The position numbers and the translations under genes are program-made. The notes beneath the pieces are model-generated. The model saw only the letters and a program-made list of their open reading frames with translations. It was not told the DNA's origin and made no database searches. This document shows positions 1 through 12,359 of a stretch of 64,000 nt of DNA, one piece after another. The DNA lies in assembly GCA_041690135.1 (NCBI GenBank), contig JAWLHY010000017.1:115587-179586 (forward strand), read 5' to 3'. How positions within the stretch are numbered: position 1 is the first letter of the stretch; each line of letters starts with the position of its first letter. This stretch comes from Armatimonadota bacterium. Its GTDB lineage: Bacteria; Armatimonadota; SYMT01.

Positions 1-2
1 TC

Positions 3-374
3 CGTGTGCGACTCGTGGACAGTAGCTCCGTGTCGGACAGTAGCCGGAACAACTTCCAGATCAGTGCCGCGGAACTGCATTTCACCAATCCGGTGAAGCG
101 GGTGAAGTGGTCCGCGGGAACTCGGCAGACGATCACTTGGGCTGGAAGCGCTCTCGCAGCCGGAGGGCGGGTGGATATCCTCCTGTCCCGCAATAACGGT
201 CGAACGTGGCAGGTGATTATCCCGGATACTGCCAATGACGGAGCTGCCACCTGGAACGTGACCACTCCCGCCAGCGCTAAAGCGCGCCTACGGATCGTCT
301 GGAAGACGGACGAGGGCGTGCAGGCTACGTCTACGCCCTTCAACATCGTGAAGGGTAAGAAGCGACGCCGCTAG
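3..374 (+). CDS. C-terminal part of an exported protein with an Ig-like/Ser-Thr-rich beta-sandwich domain (5' end outside window)
   Basis: Frame is open from the window edge; pattern 'NP...W.AG....ITW...VDI.LS.N.G.TW..I.....NDG...W..P' is typical of repeated extracellular beta-sandwich modules; basic tail KGKKRRR. Confidence 0.6.
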   Translation, partial: RVRLVDSSSVSDSSRNNFQISAAELHFTNPVKRVKWSAGTRQTITWAGSALAAGGRVDILLSRNNGRTWQVIIPDTANDGAATWNVTTPASAKARLRIVWKTDEGVQATSTPFNIVKGKKRRR

Positions 375-392
375 CCCCAGGAGAGAGGCGAC

Positions 393-446
393 ACACAACA
401 GAACAGGGGTGGGAGATGACAGTCTCCCACCCCTGTTCTGTTGTGT
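393..446. terminator. Bidirectional hairpin terminator between convergent genes
   Basis: Perfect 24-bp inverted repeat acacaacagaacaggggtgggaga / tctcccacccctgttctgttgtgt with a 6-nt loop. Confidence 0.8.
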
Positions 447-473
447 CCGGGTCCCGCTGGTCGCGAGAGGAAT

Positions 474-2636
<2,163 letters not shown>

Positions 2637-2720
2637 TTACTCGATTGTATCTGAGCCGCCTGCTCCGGAAGGATGTGAGCGGTATCCTGGCGAAACGCCA
2701 TGCCAACCGGAGGGCTGTGA

Positions 2721-3575
2721 ATGAAGCTTGGCGTAGCGGGTCTCCTGGGCGACGGGTCGCCGGAAGCAGTAAGGTGGGTGCGGGGGTTGGGTTTCTCCGT
2801 CGCCTCCTGGCATCTACGAGCGCCGGGAATGCTGGAAGATCATTCTTACCTGGACGCCGTCCGCGAAGCACTGGATGCCGCACAACTCGAGCTCTGTCAA
2901 CTCCTGCCTCCCCAGTACCCCAGCCTGGTGGACCCGGACCGCAGTGTGCGACACGCGGGTGTCCGGATGCTCCGACAGGTGATCGAGGCGGCCGTGCGCC
3001 TGGGCGCCGGCAATGTCTACATCCGCCCCGGCAGCCTTAACCCGGCCGGGCCGTGGACCCCACATCCGGAGAACCACCTTCCCGGCACCCGCGAGCGCCT
3101 GATCGAAAGTCTGCGGGATCTGGCGCCACACGCCGAAGCGGCCGGGATGCCGTTGGCCCTGGAGGGCCACGTGGTTTCTCCCCTGCACACGCCCACGGTC
3201 ATACGCGATGTGCTGGATGCCGTCGGTTCTCCGCTCCTCATGTTTAACGCCGATCCGGTCAATCTGGTGGACAGTCTCGACCGCGCGTTCGACCCAACTC
3301 CACGGGTCGATGAGATCTTCGATCGGCTGGGTGACCGGATCATCTGCGGGCATGCGAAAGACGTGACTGTCGGTGACCGATTGGTGTTGCACCTGGAAGA
3401 GTGTGTACCGGGGCAGGGCTATCTGGACCAGGCACATTTCCTGCGCCGCTTTGCGGCGGCATGCCCAGAAGGCGCGGTGCTGATCGAGCACTTGCCTGCG
3501 GAACAAGTGCCGGAAGCTCGTAGGGCGTTGCTGGAGTTCGCCGCCCGCGCGGGTCTGGAGTTTGAGGAGGGATAA
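2721..3575 (+). CDS. Sugar phosphate isomerase/epimerase (AP endonuclease 2 TIM barrel)
   Basis: Metal-binding pattern LALE, DPVN, HAKD, PGQG.LD, LIEH. Confidence 0.85.
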   Translation: MKLGVAGLLGDGSPEAVRWVRGLGFSVASWHLRAPGMLEDHSYLDAVREALDAAQLELCQLLPPQYPSLVDPDRSVRHAGVRMLRQVIEAAVRLGAGNVYIRPGSLNPAGPWTPHPENHLPGTRERLIESLRDLAPHAEAAGMPLALEGHVVSPLHTPTVIRDVLDAVGSPLLMFNADPVNLVDSLDRAFDPTPRVDEIFDRLGDRIICGHAKDVTVGDRLVLHLEECVPGQGYLDQAHFLRRFAAACPEGAVLIEHLPAEQVPEARRALLEFAARAGLEFEEG

Positions 3576-3576
3576 G

Positions 3577-4317
3577 ATGCGTCTTGGCGGTCGCGTGTTA
3601 CTGATCACCGGCGGTGCGGCCGGGATTGGCAAAGCGGCGGCTCTGCGGGCGGCGCGCGAGGGTGCGGCGGTGAGCATTCTCGATGTCAGCCGGACCGAGG
3701 GGGAAGTAACCGTCCGGGAAATCGTGGAAGCGGGCGGCCGAGCCCGATTTTCCCCGGGCAGCGTCACCGATCCGGATATGGTGGAAAACGCTGTGCGGGA
3801 CACGGTGGAAGCCTTCGGCGCCCTCCATGTCTTGATTACGGCAGCAGGCATTCTTCAGGGAGCCTACCGCCAGGTCGAAGAGTTGGATCCCGAGACCTTT
3901 GCCCGGGTGATGGAAGTCAATGTCCAGGGAACTTACCTCTCCTGCCGCTATGCCGTGCCGGCCATCGAAGCGAGCGGGGGAGGGGTTGTCCTCTGCGTTG
4001 CCTCCGGGGCGGGCGTACAGGGGCCCAGTTCCTCCCTTGTGTACGGAGCCAGTAAGGCGGCGGTGCACGGGTTCTGCCGGACGCTGGAACACCAGTTGCG
4101 CCCGCGCGGCATCCGGGTCAACGTAGTTTGCCCAGGCACGATCGACACTGCGCTGAAACGCCAGAACGTGCGGGATGGAGCGCTGGCTCGCGGCGAGGAT
4201 CCGGAGCAGGCGTTGGCAGTGGCGGCCCTGGGCGATCCGGACGGCGTGGCCAGCATTCTGGCTTTTCTGGCCTCCCCGGAAGCGGACTATCTGGTGGGCA
4301 CCGTCTTCACCCGTTAA
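3577..4317 (+). CDS. SDR family oxidoreductase
   Basis: TGGAAGIG, YGASK, IRVNVVCPG; ATG at 3577 follows a GAGGAGG RBS, 1 nt after the upstream stop. Confidence 0.92.
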   Translation: MRLGGRVLLITGGAAGIGKAAALRAAREGAAVSILDVSRTEGEVTVREIVEAGGRARFSPGSVTDPDMVENAVRDTVEAFGALHVLITAAGILQGAYRQVEELDPETFARVMEVNVQGTYLSCRYAVPAIEASGGGVVLCVASGAGVQGPSSSLVYGASKAAVHGFCRTLEHQLRPRGIRVNVVCPGTIDTALKRQNVRDGALARGEDPEQALAVAALGDPDGVASILAFLASPEADYLVGTVFTR

Positions 4318-4333
4318 GTATTGCCGAAATGAG

Positions 4334-4375
4334 AACGGACCGGGTGGAGCACCCCACCCGGTCCGTTTTCTCTTT
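4334..4375. terminator. Intrinsic terminator between convergent genes
   Basis: 14-bp stem aacggaccgggtgg/ccacccggtccgtt followed by a T-rich tract. Confidence 0.75.
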
Positions 4376-4391
4376 GTGCAGGCGAAGCGGC

Positions 4392-5555
4392 TTAAAACTT
4401 CACGCTGATCTGCGTGATTGCGCTGGAGCTGCCGTCTCCTCCAGAGGTGCTGCCGATCCCACCCGTGGTGAGCGAATGCCGAAGCAACACATCCACCTTG
4501 GTGTTGCCAAAGCTACGTCCGAAGCTCAGCCCGTAGACATCAAAATTGAACGCGTTACCCGCGGCGCCGAAACGGCTCCGCTCGTAATCGAGCCCAACCG
4601 TGAAGTGTCCGATCTGATAGTTGAGACCGCCGCGGAAGGACAGGACGCGTGCCAGCACGTCTCGGTCCTCTGCCGTGGTGGTGGCGGTAGCAAATTCAAA
4701 ACCGAGGCGGTCGCTGATCGGACCACTCACCCCGTATCCCAGTGTGGTGCTGGAGCCCAACTGCGCAAACGGTGTCTCGCCGAACCGGTCCCACAGGTCG
4801 TTCTGGCGTCCGTAGAACGCCCGCAAAGTGTATTTGTTCAGCGCCAGGCTCAGTTCACCCCGATAGTTCAAAGCGTCCGTAGGGTTTTCCAGGGGCAGGT
4901 CTTGCATGCTTGTCAGCCGATCGGGACCATTCAGGTTGACCCCAAACGACAGTGGTCCGGCAGCGGCGGCCAGCCCCGGTCGAAAACCGCTCGCGTCCAT
5001 CGCGGGACGTCCGACCGCCGGCGCTGCATCCGAGAAAAGCGAGCCCGCCAGAGCACTGCGAAGCCCAAAGCTTCGGGTGGACAGCAAGGTATCGGCGGGG
5101 ATTCCGCCGGCCAGGCGGCGGCTCTCCAGCGGAGTGGCTTCCTTTTCCAGTCGTGCCACCCGCTGTTCCAGGGATTCGAACTGCCGCTTCATTTCGGCGA
5201 CATCCGGGCCGAGCGTGGCAATCTCTCCTGCAAACTCGTCCAGGAGGCGGCGGAAGGTGCGCAGGTCCTCGGGAAGTTGCCCGGGTTTGGTTGCGGACAA
5301 GACGCGCGGCTGCAGGCTGCGGTACATGCGCTCAACCGCCGTGGCGAATGCATATCGGGTGAGCTTGCGGCTTCCGGCGAAACTACCCACCGGAGAGCCC
5401 GTCACGTATCCATGTTTTTCCAGCCCGGCCACCGCGGCATAAGTCCAGTGGTTGGCGGCAACCTGCTGGTACGGCCGTGACGGTTCCATTGCCAGAGCAC
5501 CCGTTCCAGCAAGACAGCTTGCCGCAACAGTCGCCACCACGATCCACTTACACAT
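4392..5555 (-). CDS. SLH-domain outer-membrane beta-barrel protein (OmpM-like/cyanobacterial-porin architecture)
   Basis: Signal peptide, SLH motif (HWTYAAV..L...G...G...G.F.G...LTRY.FA), coiled coil (L..EF..EI..LG...LEQRVARLE), alternating beta-strands, terminal Phe (ISVKF); start taken at ATG 5555. Confidence 0.8.
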   Translation of the reverse strand: MCKWIVVATVAASCLAGTGALAMEPSRPYQQVAANHWTYAAVAGLEKHGYVTGSPVGSFAGSRKLTRYAFATAVERMYRSLQPRVLSATKPGQLPEDLRTFRRLLDEFAGEIATLGPDVAEMKRQFESLEQRVARLEKEATPLESRRLAGGIPADTLLSTRSFGLRSALAGSLFSDAAPAVGRPAMDASGFRPGLAAAAGPLSFGVNLNGPDRLTSMQDLPLENPTDALNYRGELSLALNKYTLRAFYGRQNDLWDRFGETPFAQLGSSTTLGYGVSGPISDRLGFEFATATTTAEDRDVLARVLSFRGGLNYQIGHFTVGLDYERSRFGAAGNAFNFDVYGLSFGRSFGNTKVDVLLRHSLTTGGIGSTSGGDGSSSAITQISVKF

Positions 5556-5866
5556 GCCAGTGCCCCTGATCAATCCCCGGACGCGCACCCGGTCCGCATG
5601 CAAGCGGACAGGCGCCTACGTTTCTTACTTCCAATCTTATTATGCCAGTAACTGCCCGCACATTAAATCTATCGCAGGATCGATTTCGCGACCCGCCTGG
5701 CAGAAAGGGATTGGCTGCCTGTATCGCACTCCACCACCCGGACCATTCTCTTCCCCCAGATTGGACGAGCGCCGCAGCGATTCCTCCAGGTGAGATGAGT
5801 AATCAGGCGCCTGCCGAGGCTTTCGCGGTAAAACACCAGTGACAGGTGGGAATGGAGTTATACCCA

Positions 5867-6088
5867 ATGCCAGAAGACCGTACTGAAGTCAACGTGGAAT
5901 CGCTGGTCACGGCCCATGCGGTATTGCATACGGTGGATCACATCCTCCGGGTCTCCAGCAGTTTGGAAGACGCGCGCGGACAGGTGGCGCGCCTGCTGGA
6001 ACTGGTGCAGGACAAGGCGCGTGAGGAGCATGTGCCGGCGGCTATGCTGCGTGAAGCGGGTCGCGACATGTTAATGGATTTGCTGTAA
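5867..6088 (+). CDS. Small hypothetical helical protein (73 aa)
   Basis: GGAG RBS before ATG 5867; amphipathic sequence; fills an intergenic gap. Confidence 0.55.
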   Translation: MPEDRTEVNVESLVTAHAVLHTVDHILRVSSSLEDARGQVARLLELVQDKAREEHVPAAMLREAGRDMLMDLL

Positions 6089-6165
6089 GTCACAGAGGCG
6101 GAACGTGCCGGCCGGCGCGCGTGTCATACTACGGTAGTAGAGTCGATTTTCAGTAGAGGCCTCCT

Positions 6166-6804
6166 ATGTCAATCAGAGCTTGGGTGCTGGGCGCCGTGGT
6201 GGCGGGGCTGGCAAGCAGTCTTGCGAGTCCCGCGGACGCTCGCTTCGATATCGGCATCGGTAGTGTGCTGGGTAATACCGGCATCCACACGGGTGTCAAC
6301 TACCGCCTGGGCGGCTGGAATGATCGCTTCGGCTCGCATGTCTATATAGATGCCGGCCGGTATATCAACCGGCGCAAGAAGAGCGAGCGCAAGCCGGATG
6401 AGAAACGCGACCGAAAGAACGACCGCCGGGAGGTTGAGCGAACTTCGGGCGACGTGCGCCTTTCCGTGTCGCCGGCCGCTTCGTGGGTTTACCTCAACGG
6501 GGTGCGGATCGATGCCGACGGGCGGTCGAAGCTGTTTCTGCCGCAAGGACGTCACCGTCTCGAATTCGTGCGTCCTGGATACCGGACCGAGGTGGCTGAG
6601 CTTTCCGTACAACCCGGTATCCGCTACGAAGTGGACCGCAAGTTGACTCGCCTTCAGGATGGGGAGTTGGGGGATCCACGGATCGACTCCCCGGGAGTAC
6701 CGGTTTCCGTGGAGACTGCGCTCCGAGAACTCGCCAGGCCGGAGCAAAGCGGGGACCGGGGCATGCGCCAACCGGTGGAACGGATCGAGCCCTCACGCCG
6801 CTAA
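6166..6804 (+). CDS. Exported PEGA-domain protein
   Basis: Signal peptide (ADA cleavage site); V.P..A.VYLNG...L..G.H.LE..RPGY PEGA pattern. Confidence 0.75.
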   Translation: MSIRAWVLGAVVAGLASSLASPADARFDIGIGSVLGNTGIHTGVNYRLGGWNDRFGSHVYIDAGRYINRRKKSERKPDEKRDRKNDRREVERTSGDVRLSVSPAASWVYLNGVRIDADGRSKLFLPQGRHRLEFVRPGYRTEVAELSVQPGIRYEVDRKLTRLQDGELGDPRIDSPGVPVSVETALRELARPEQSGDRGMRQPVERIEPSRR

Positions 6805-6959
6805 TTCCTGTTCCGCGAAAAGCACCGTTTGCAGCGACCCCGGGTGGAGATTGCCGCCCGGGGTCGCTGGCATTTGGCGGCGCGGATTGCGTGAAACGTC
6901 CGCCAGCCGAGTGGGTCCCATCAGACGAACGACGGGTTACCCGGTCATTGTGAGGGCGG

Positions 6960-7922
6960 ATGATGATGCAGCGAAGGGAGTTCTTGAGATGCGGGGCGAC
7001 TCTCCTCGGAGCCGCGGCCGCCGGCTTACCATGCAGATCGGCGGCTGCAAACCAGGCGAAACCGCAGGCCTCACCGCTCGACCGCATTTGCCTTTTCACG
7101 GATCATCTCGATGATCATGGCTATACCCTTGCGGAGGTAGCCGGGATGCTCAAGCAGTTGGCAGTAACCGGTCCAGACCTCACGGTGCGAGCGGGAGGCC
7201 TGGTCCTGCCCGAGCGGGTCGGGGAAGATCTTCCCCGCGCAGTCGCGGCATTCCGGGAAGCCGGGTTGTCAGTCCCCATGATCAGCACCGGGATCACCGC
7301 GGTGGATGCCACGGCGACAGCGCTGATCTCCACGGCCGGGAAGCAGGGTATCCGGTACTTCAAGCTGGGCTACTACCATTACGATGATCCCGCCCGCTGG
7401 AAGGAGAGTATCGAAAGCGCCCGCCGGGCATTGACGCCCCTGGTGCAGTTGGCCCGGGATTGCGGGATGGTGGCGGGACTCCATAACCACGCGGGGGCCA
7501 CCATTGGAGGGGCGATCTGGGATACTGCCGAGCTCCTCCAGTCGCTGGATGCAGATTGGGTCGGCTACTATTTCGATCCCTCTCACGCGACGATCGAAGG
7601 GGGAAACCACGCCTGGAAGTTGAACTTCCAGCGAGCGGCTGAACGCTTGAAGATGGTCGCGCTCAAAGACTTCGTTTGGGAGAAGAGCGGCGGCCAGTGG
7701 CGGACCCGTTGGGTGCCGTTGGGAGAGGGCGTAGTCCGCTGGCCGGAGTTCCTACGGATGCTCGCGCGGTTGAACTTCAGTGGCCCTCTTTCCCTCCACA
7801 TCGAATACGATCCTGGCGGAACGACCCGCGCGGCACGGTTCGAGAATAGCTTCGCCGCCGCCCAGCGCGACCTCGAATTCCTCGGCAAGCAATGGCAGGC
7901 GGTTCAGGCGAAGGCGGGATAA
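6960..7922 (+). CDS. Tat-exported sugar phosphate isomerase/epimerase (TIM barrel)
   Basis: QRREFL twin-arginine signal; DLTVR.GG.V.PE, HNH, FD.SH, LKDF.W, PLGEG.V.W, SLHIEY. Confidence 0.85.
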   Translation: MMMQRREFLRCGATLLGAAAAGLPCRSAAANQAKPQASPLDRICLFTDHLDDHGYTLAEVAGMLKQLAVTGPDLTVRAGGLVLPERVGEDLPRAVAAFREAGLSVPMISTGITAVDATATALISTAGKQGIRYFKLGYYHYDDPARWKESIESARRALTPLVQLARDCGMVAGLHNHAGATIGGAIWDTAELLQSLDADWVGYYFDPSHATIEGGNHAWKLNFQRAAERLKMVALKDFVWEKSGGQWRTRWVPLGEGVVRWPEFLRMLARLNFSGPLSLHIEYDPGGTTRAARFENSFAAAQRDLEFLGKQWQAVQAKAG

Positions 7923-8012
7923 GGCGGTTCCACCTTTCGTTTCCCTGCATCAAAGCGGCCGGTGCAGTGTCCAAGGCACCATTGCCAAGTCTTCGATCCC
8001 GCTGGTTTCCCT

Positions 8013-10805
8013 ATGAAGACACTTGCCCTCGCCCTTCTGGTGTTGCCTTTCGGGGCCGCAGTTGCTTCGTCAGGTCCCGCACCCATCGATTATGCCCGGC
8101 AAGTCAAACCGCTGCTCGCTGAGCGTTGCTTCTCTTGCCACGGGGCCCTCAAGCAAGAGGGCGGCCTGCGCCTCGACACCGGCTGGCTCATTCGCAAGGG
8201 AGGCGCCAGCGGAAAGGCAGCCGTGGCCGGCAGGTCCGCGGAAAGTCCCCTGATCCGGCGCATCGCGGATCCTGATCCCGTCACCCGCATGCCTCCGGAG
8301 GGAGAACCACTCAAGCCGAACCAGGTGGCACTCTTGCGGGCCTGGATCGATCAGGGCGCCCGCAGCCCGCTTTCCGAGAAGGCGGAGGAGGACCCCCGCC
8401 GCCACTGGTCTTTTCGGAGACCGAAGGCGCCGCAGACGCCACGGTTCCCGGTAGGGAGCCGAGCCGCAAAGTGGATCCGCAACCCAATCGATGCCTTTGT
8501 CGCCGCCGCACACGTGAAGCACGGGGTGGAGCCGAGTGTGGAAGCCCACAAGGAAGTACTGCTCCGACGGGTCTACATCGACCTGATCGGCCTTCCTCCA
8601 ACTCGTGCGGAGTTACTGGCGTTCCTGGCGGACCGCTCTCCCGACGCCTACGAGAAGGTAGTGGACCGGCTACTGGCCAGCCCCCGCTACGGGGAGCGAT
8701 GGGCGCGCCACTGGATGGATGTGTGGCGCTACAGTGACTGGTACGGACGACGCGCCCAGGACGACGTGCGCAACAGCTACGGGCAGATGTGGCGCTGGCG
8801 GGACTGGATCGTTCGCTCGCTCAACCAGGACAAGGGATACGATCGTATGGTGGTCGAGATGCTGGCCGCCGACGAGGTAGCACCGGAGGATCTGGAAGCC
8901 CTGCCCGCTACGGGTTACCTGGTGAGGAACTGGTACTCGCTCAATTACAACCAGTGGATGCGGGATAACGTGGAGCATACCGGAAAAGCCTTCCTGGGTC
9001 TCACGCTGAACTGCGCGCATTGCCACGACCACAAGTACGACCCGCTCTCGCAGAAGGAGTACTTCCAGTTCCGGGCGTTCTTCGAGCCCCTGGAACTCCG
9101 CCACGAACGGGTTCCCGGAGAGCCGGATCCCGGTCTCTTCCCCAAGTACGTGTACGGTGGCTCAACGCCGGTGCTCAAGACGGGTATGGTCCGGGTGTTC
9201 GACGAAAAGCTCGACGCACAAACCTTCATGTACGAGCGCGGCGACGAACGGAACCGCATGGAAGGTGTTCCCCCGGTTGCGCCGGGGGTTCCTGCGCTAC
9301 TGGGCGGCGCTACCCTGCAGATACGCCCGGTCCACCTACCGGTCGCCGCCCACTATCCCGGCCTCAAGCCCTTCATCCGCGAGGAAGAGCTGGCCAGGCG
9401 GGAGAAGGCGGTTGCAGCGGCCCGCGGCGCTCTGGATGTGGCTGCGGTTGGGGATCGCAAACTCGCGGAAGGCAGGCTGGCTGCCGCAGAAGGGGATCTG
9501 GCGGCACTGAAAGCACGCATCGCCGCGGATGAGGTGCGTTTCGGCCGCGCCACTGGAGATGCCGAAGCCCTCGCCCGGAAAGCGGCGCGGGCGGAACGGA
9601 CAGCTGCCCTGCGAGTGGCCGAAGCCCGGCTATTAACCGTGGAAGCCGACCTGGCAACGGCTACCGCGAAGGGGGACACGGCGGCCGGTCAGAAGGCTCA
9701 GCAGCAGGTAACGGCGGCACGGGCGGCGGTGGAAGCGGCAAACAAGGCACTTCAAACCACGGATGCGAAGTACACCCCTCTCAGCCCCATCTACCCCCGT
9801 CAGAGCACGGGCCGGCGCACGGCGTTGGCCCGTTGGATCGCCAGTCCCGAGAACCCACTGACGGGCCGGGTCGCGGTGAACCACATCTGGCGTTATCACT
9901 TTGGCAAGCCGCTCGTGGAGACGGTGTTCGACTTCGGACGGAACGGCAAGCGGCCCACCCATCCGGAGTTGCTGGACTTCCTTGCTTCGGTGTTTTCCGC
10001 TTCCTCGGAGAGAATGGGAGAAGGGAAGGATGTGGGAAAGGGTGAGCCGGTCAGCCCCTCCGATGTCAGGTTCTCCCATTCCCAACGGCAAACGGGCATG
10101 GGTTGGAGCATGAAAAAACTCCACCGCCTTATCGTCACCAGCAGCACTTACCGCATGGCTTCGGGGCCGGTGCGGGCGGATGACGTGCGGTTGTCGCGAG
10201 ACCGCGAGAACCAGTACCTGTGGCGCTACAACTCCCGCCGGGTGGAGGCGGAAGTGGTGCGGGATGGTATGCTCTGGGCTTCCGGATCACTCGATCTTAC
10301 GTTGGGAGGCCCGGAGTTGGACAACCGGCAGGAGACGACCCCCCGGCGGAGCCTCTATTACAGCGTGTTTGCGGAAGACGGCGGGCACATGCGGCTCCTC
10401 GCGACGTTCGATGCTCCCGATCCCTGTGACTCCTATCGGCGCACGGAAAGTATTCTGCCCCAGCAGGCGCTCGCCCTGACCAACAGCCGGCTGGCACTCG
10501 ATCAGGGGCGTCTACTGGCCCGGAAGTTGTGGGCGACGCTACCTGGAGAACTGGGCGGAGATACGGTCCGGTTCCGGGTCTACACGGATATGTTGTTCGA
10601 ACAACTGCTCACCCGCCGCCCCAGCACCCCGGAAATGCAGGCCTGCCTTGACTTTCTCCAGCGGCAAGTGCGTCTGTTCCGCGACCAGGAGCCACCCAAA
10701 GGAGCGAGCGCCGGCGTTCCGCCATCCGCCGATCCGGTGGTCCGAGCGGCCGAAAGCCTGGCGCAGGCCCTGTTCAGCCACAACGATTTCCTGACGCTGC
10801 GATGA
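8013..10805 (+). CDS. Planctomycete cytochrome C (PSCyt1) + DUF1549 + DUF1553 protein
   Basis: CFSCHG...GGLRLD, MPP, HWSF, NPIDAF, RR..DL.GLPP, YGERWARHW.D..RY, CAHCHDHKYDP, NPLT.RV.VN.IW..HFG, PTHPELLD, PQQAL; start taken at ATG 8013. Confidence 0.92.
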   Translation: MKTLALALLVLPFGAAVASSGPAPIDYARQVKPLLAERCFSCHGALKQEGGLRLDTGWLIRKGGASGKAAVAGRSAESPLIRRIADPDPVTRMPPEGEPLKPNQVALLRAWIDQGARSPLSEKAEEDPRRHWSFRRPKAPQTPRFPVGSRAAKWIRNPIDAFVAAAHVKHGVEPSVEAHKEVLLRRVYIDLIGLPPTRAELLAFLADRSPDAYEKVVDRLLASPRYGERWARHWMDVWRYSDWYGRRAQDDVRNSYGQMWRWRDWIVRSLNQDKGYDRMVVEMLAADEVAPEDLEALPATGYLVRNWYSLNYNQWMRDNVEHTGKAFLGLTLNCAHCHDHKYDPLSQKEYFQFRAFFEPLELRHERVPGEPDPGLFPKYVYGGSTPVLKTGMVRVFDEKLDAQTFMYERGDERNRMEGVPPVAPGVPALLGGATLQIRPVHLPVAAHYPGLKPFIREEELARREKAVAAARGALDVAAVGDRKLAEGRLAAAEGDLAALKARIAADEVRFGRATGDAEALARKAARAERTAALRVAEARLLTVEADLATATAKGDTAAGQKAQQQVTAARAAVEAANKALQTTDAKYTPLSPIYPRQSTGRRTALARWIASPENPLTGRVAVNHIWRYHFGKPLVETVFDFGRNGKRPTHPELLDFLASVFSASSERMGEGKDVGKGEPVSPSDVRFSHSQRQTGMGWSMKKLHRLIVTSSTYRMASGPVRADDVRLSRDRENQYLWRYNSRRVEAEVVRDGMLWASGSLDLTLGGPELDNRQETTPRRSLYYSVFAEDGGHMRLLATFDAPDPCDSYRRTESILPQQALALTNSRLALDQGRLLARKLWATLPGELGGDTVRFRVYTDMLFEQLLTRRPSTPEMQACLDFLQRQVRLFRDQEPPKGASAGVPPSADPVVRAAESLAQALFSHNDFLTLR

Positions 10806-10825
10806 ACCGGAGGGGGAGAGCGGAA

Positions 10826-12352
10826 ATGGCGTGCAACTCACACGACAGTCCCGAGTGCGGTCGCATAGCGCGGCGTACGTTCCTATCGGACCTGGGAATG
10901 GGCTTTACAGGTCTCGCCCTGGGATCGATGTTGGCAGGCGAACGCGCCTCCCACGCGGAGCCCCAGATACTCCCGACCAGCGGGAAACCGAGACCCGTTG
11001 GCGGTTCCGCCCCGTCCCGTTCCGCTCCGCACTTTGCACCTCGGGCGAAGTCAGTTATCTGGATCTTCCTTTCTGGGGGCTATAGCCATCTCGAGACCTT
11101 CGATCCCAAGCCGGCCCTGAACCGCTATGGCGGAAAAACATACGAGCAAACCGAGTTCGAAAACCCGCTCAAATCGCCGCTGCACGACCTCCGCTCGCGA
11201 TCCGTCGTGCCGATGCCGCGGAAAACCTACCCGACGATCTTCGAGATGCAGGTCGGGTGGAAGAAGCACGGGCAGTGTGGGATGGAAGTCTCGGACTGGC
11301 TTCCCGAACTGGCCACCTGTGTGGACGACATCGCCGTGGTGCGGAACATGTGGACCACAGATAACGACCATGCCGCCGAAAACCAGATGCACACGGGCCG
11401 GCACAAGCTGGATGAAGTCCAGCCCAGTATTGGGGCCTGGGTCCACTATGGACTGGGGAGTCTCAACGACAACCTGCCGCAGTTTGCCGTGCTAGGAGGG
11501 CCCACGCGCCCGGATACACGCGATTCCATTGGGTCGAACTACCTGGGACCGGAGCATTCGGGCGTGCCCCTTTCTCTCGATCCCAAGGACCCGCTCCCTT
11601 ACGGCGCGCGGGCGCAGGACGTCCTCGCGGAGGAGCAGCGGAACCAGTATGAGTTGATCGGCCGGCTGAACCGCCTATCCGCCGTGGAGTATCCCCAGGA
11701 CCCGGCGGTACTTGCGCGCATCCGCGCTTACGAACTGGCGTTCCGGATGCAGATGGCCGTCCCGGAGACGCTGGACATCTCCCAAGAGAGCGCGGAAACC
11801 CGCAAGCTCTACGGACTGGACTTACCCGTGACGCGGGAAGCCGGTCACCGGATGTTGCTGGCGCGGCGCCTGGTCGAACGCGGCGTACGCTTTGTACAGG
11901 TCTATCCCACCCCCTATGGGCGGTGGGATTCCCACACGGAGTTGCGCAAGAACCACTCCGCATTGTGCCCCCAGATCGATCGTCCGGTGGCCGGGCTTCT
12001 CAAAGACCTCAAGCGCCGTGGCCTCTGGAATGACGTGCTGGTGGTGTTCTGCACCGAGTTCGGACGCACTCCTGGTGTGGAGAACGGATACGGCCCGACA
12101 GGCGGAAGAGACCACCATCCACACGGCTTCTCGGTTTGGTTTGCCGGAGCTGGTGTCCGAGGAGGGATGGTGCACGGCGCCACCGACGAGTTGGGCTTCC
12201 ATGCGGTAGAGCCGGGCCACTACGTCACCGATATCCACGCCACGGTGCTCCACCTGATGGGGCTCGAACCGGAGCGCCTGGAGATTCCCGGGCGCAAGCG
12301 GCTGGATGCCGATCGTGGAAAGCTGATCCGGGAAATCCTTACCACTGCCTGA
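10826..12352 (+). CDS. DUF1501 family protein (Tat signal), partner of the DUF1553 gene
   Basis: RRTFL, PHFAPRAKSVI..F..GG.SH.ETFDPKP, ARRLVERGVRFVQ, WD.H, EFGRTP, GRDHHP; start could be 10802. Confidence 0.92.
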   Translation: MACNSHDSPECGRIARRTFLSDLGMGFTGLALGSMLAGERASHAEPQILPTSGKPRPVGGSAPSRSAPHFAPRAKSVIWIFLSGGYSHLETFDPKPALNRYGGKTYEQTEFENPLKSPLHDLRSRSVVPMPRKTYPTIFEMQVGWKKHGQCGMEVSDWLPELATCVDDIAVVRNMWTTDNDHAAENQMHTGRHKLDEVQPSIGAWVHYGLGSLNDNLPQFAVLGGPTRPDTRDSIGSNYLGPEHSGVPLSLDPKDPLPYGARAQDVLAEEQRNQYELIGRLNRLSAVEYPQDPAVLARIRAYELAFRMQMAVPETLDISQESAETRKLYGLDLPVTREAGHRMLLARRLVERGVRFVQVYPTPYGRWDSHTELRKNHSALCPQIDRPVAGLLKDLKRRGLWNDVLVVFCTEFGRTPGVENGYGPTGGRDHHPHGFSVWFAGAGVRGGMVHGATDELGFHAVEPGHYVTDIHATVLHLMGLEPERLEIPGRKRLDADRGKLIREILTTA

Positions 12353-12359
12353 GTGCCGA

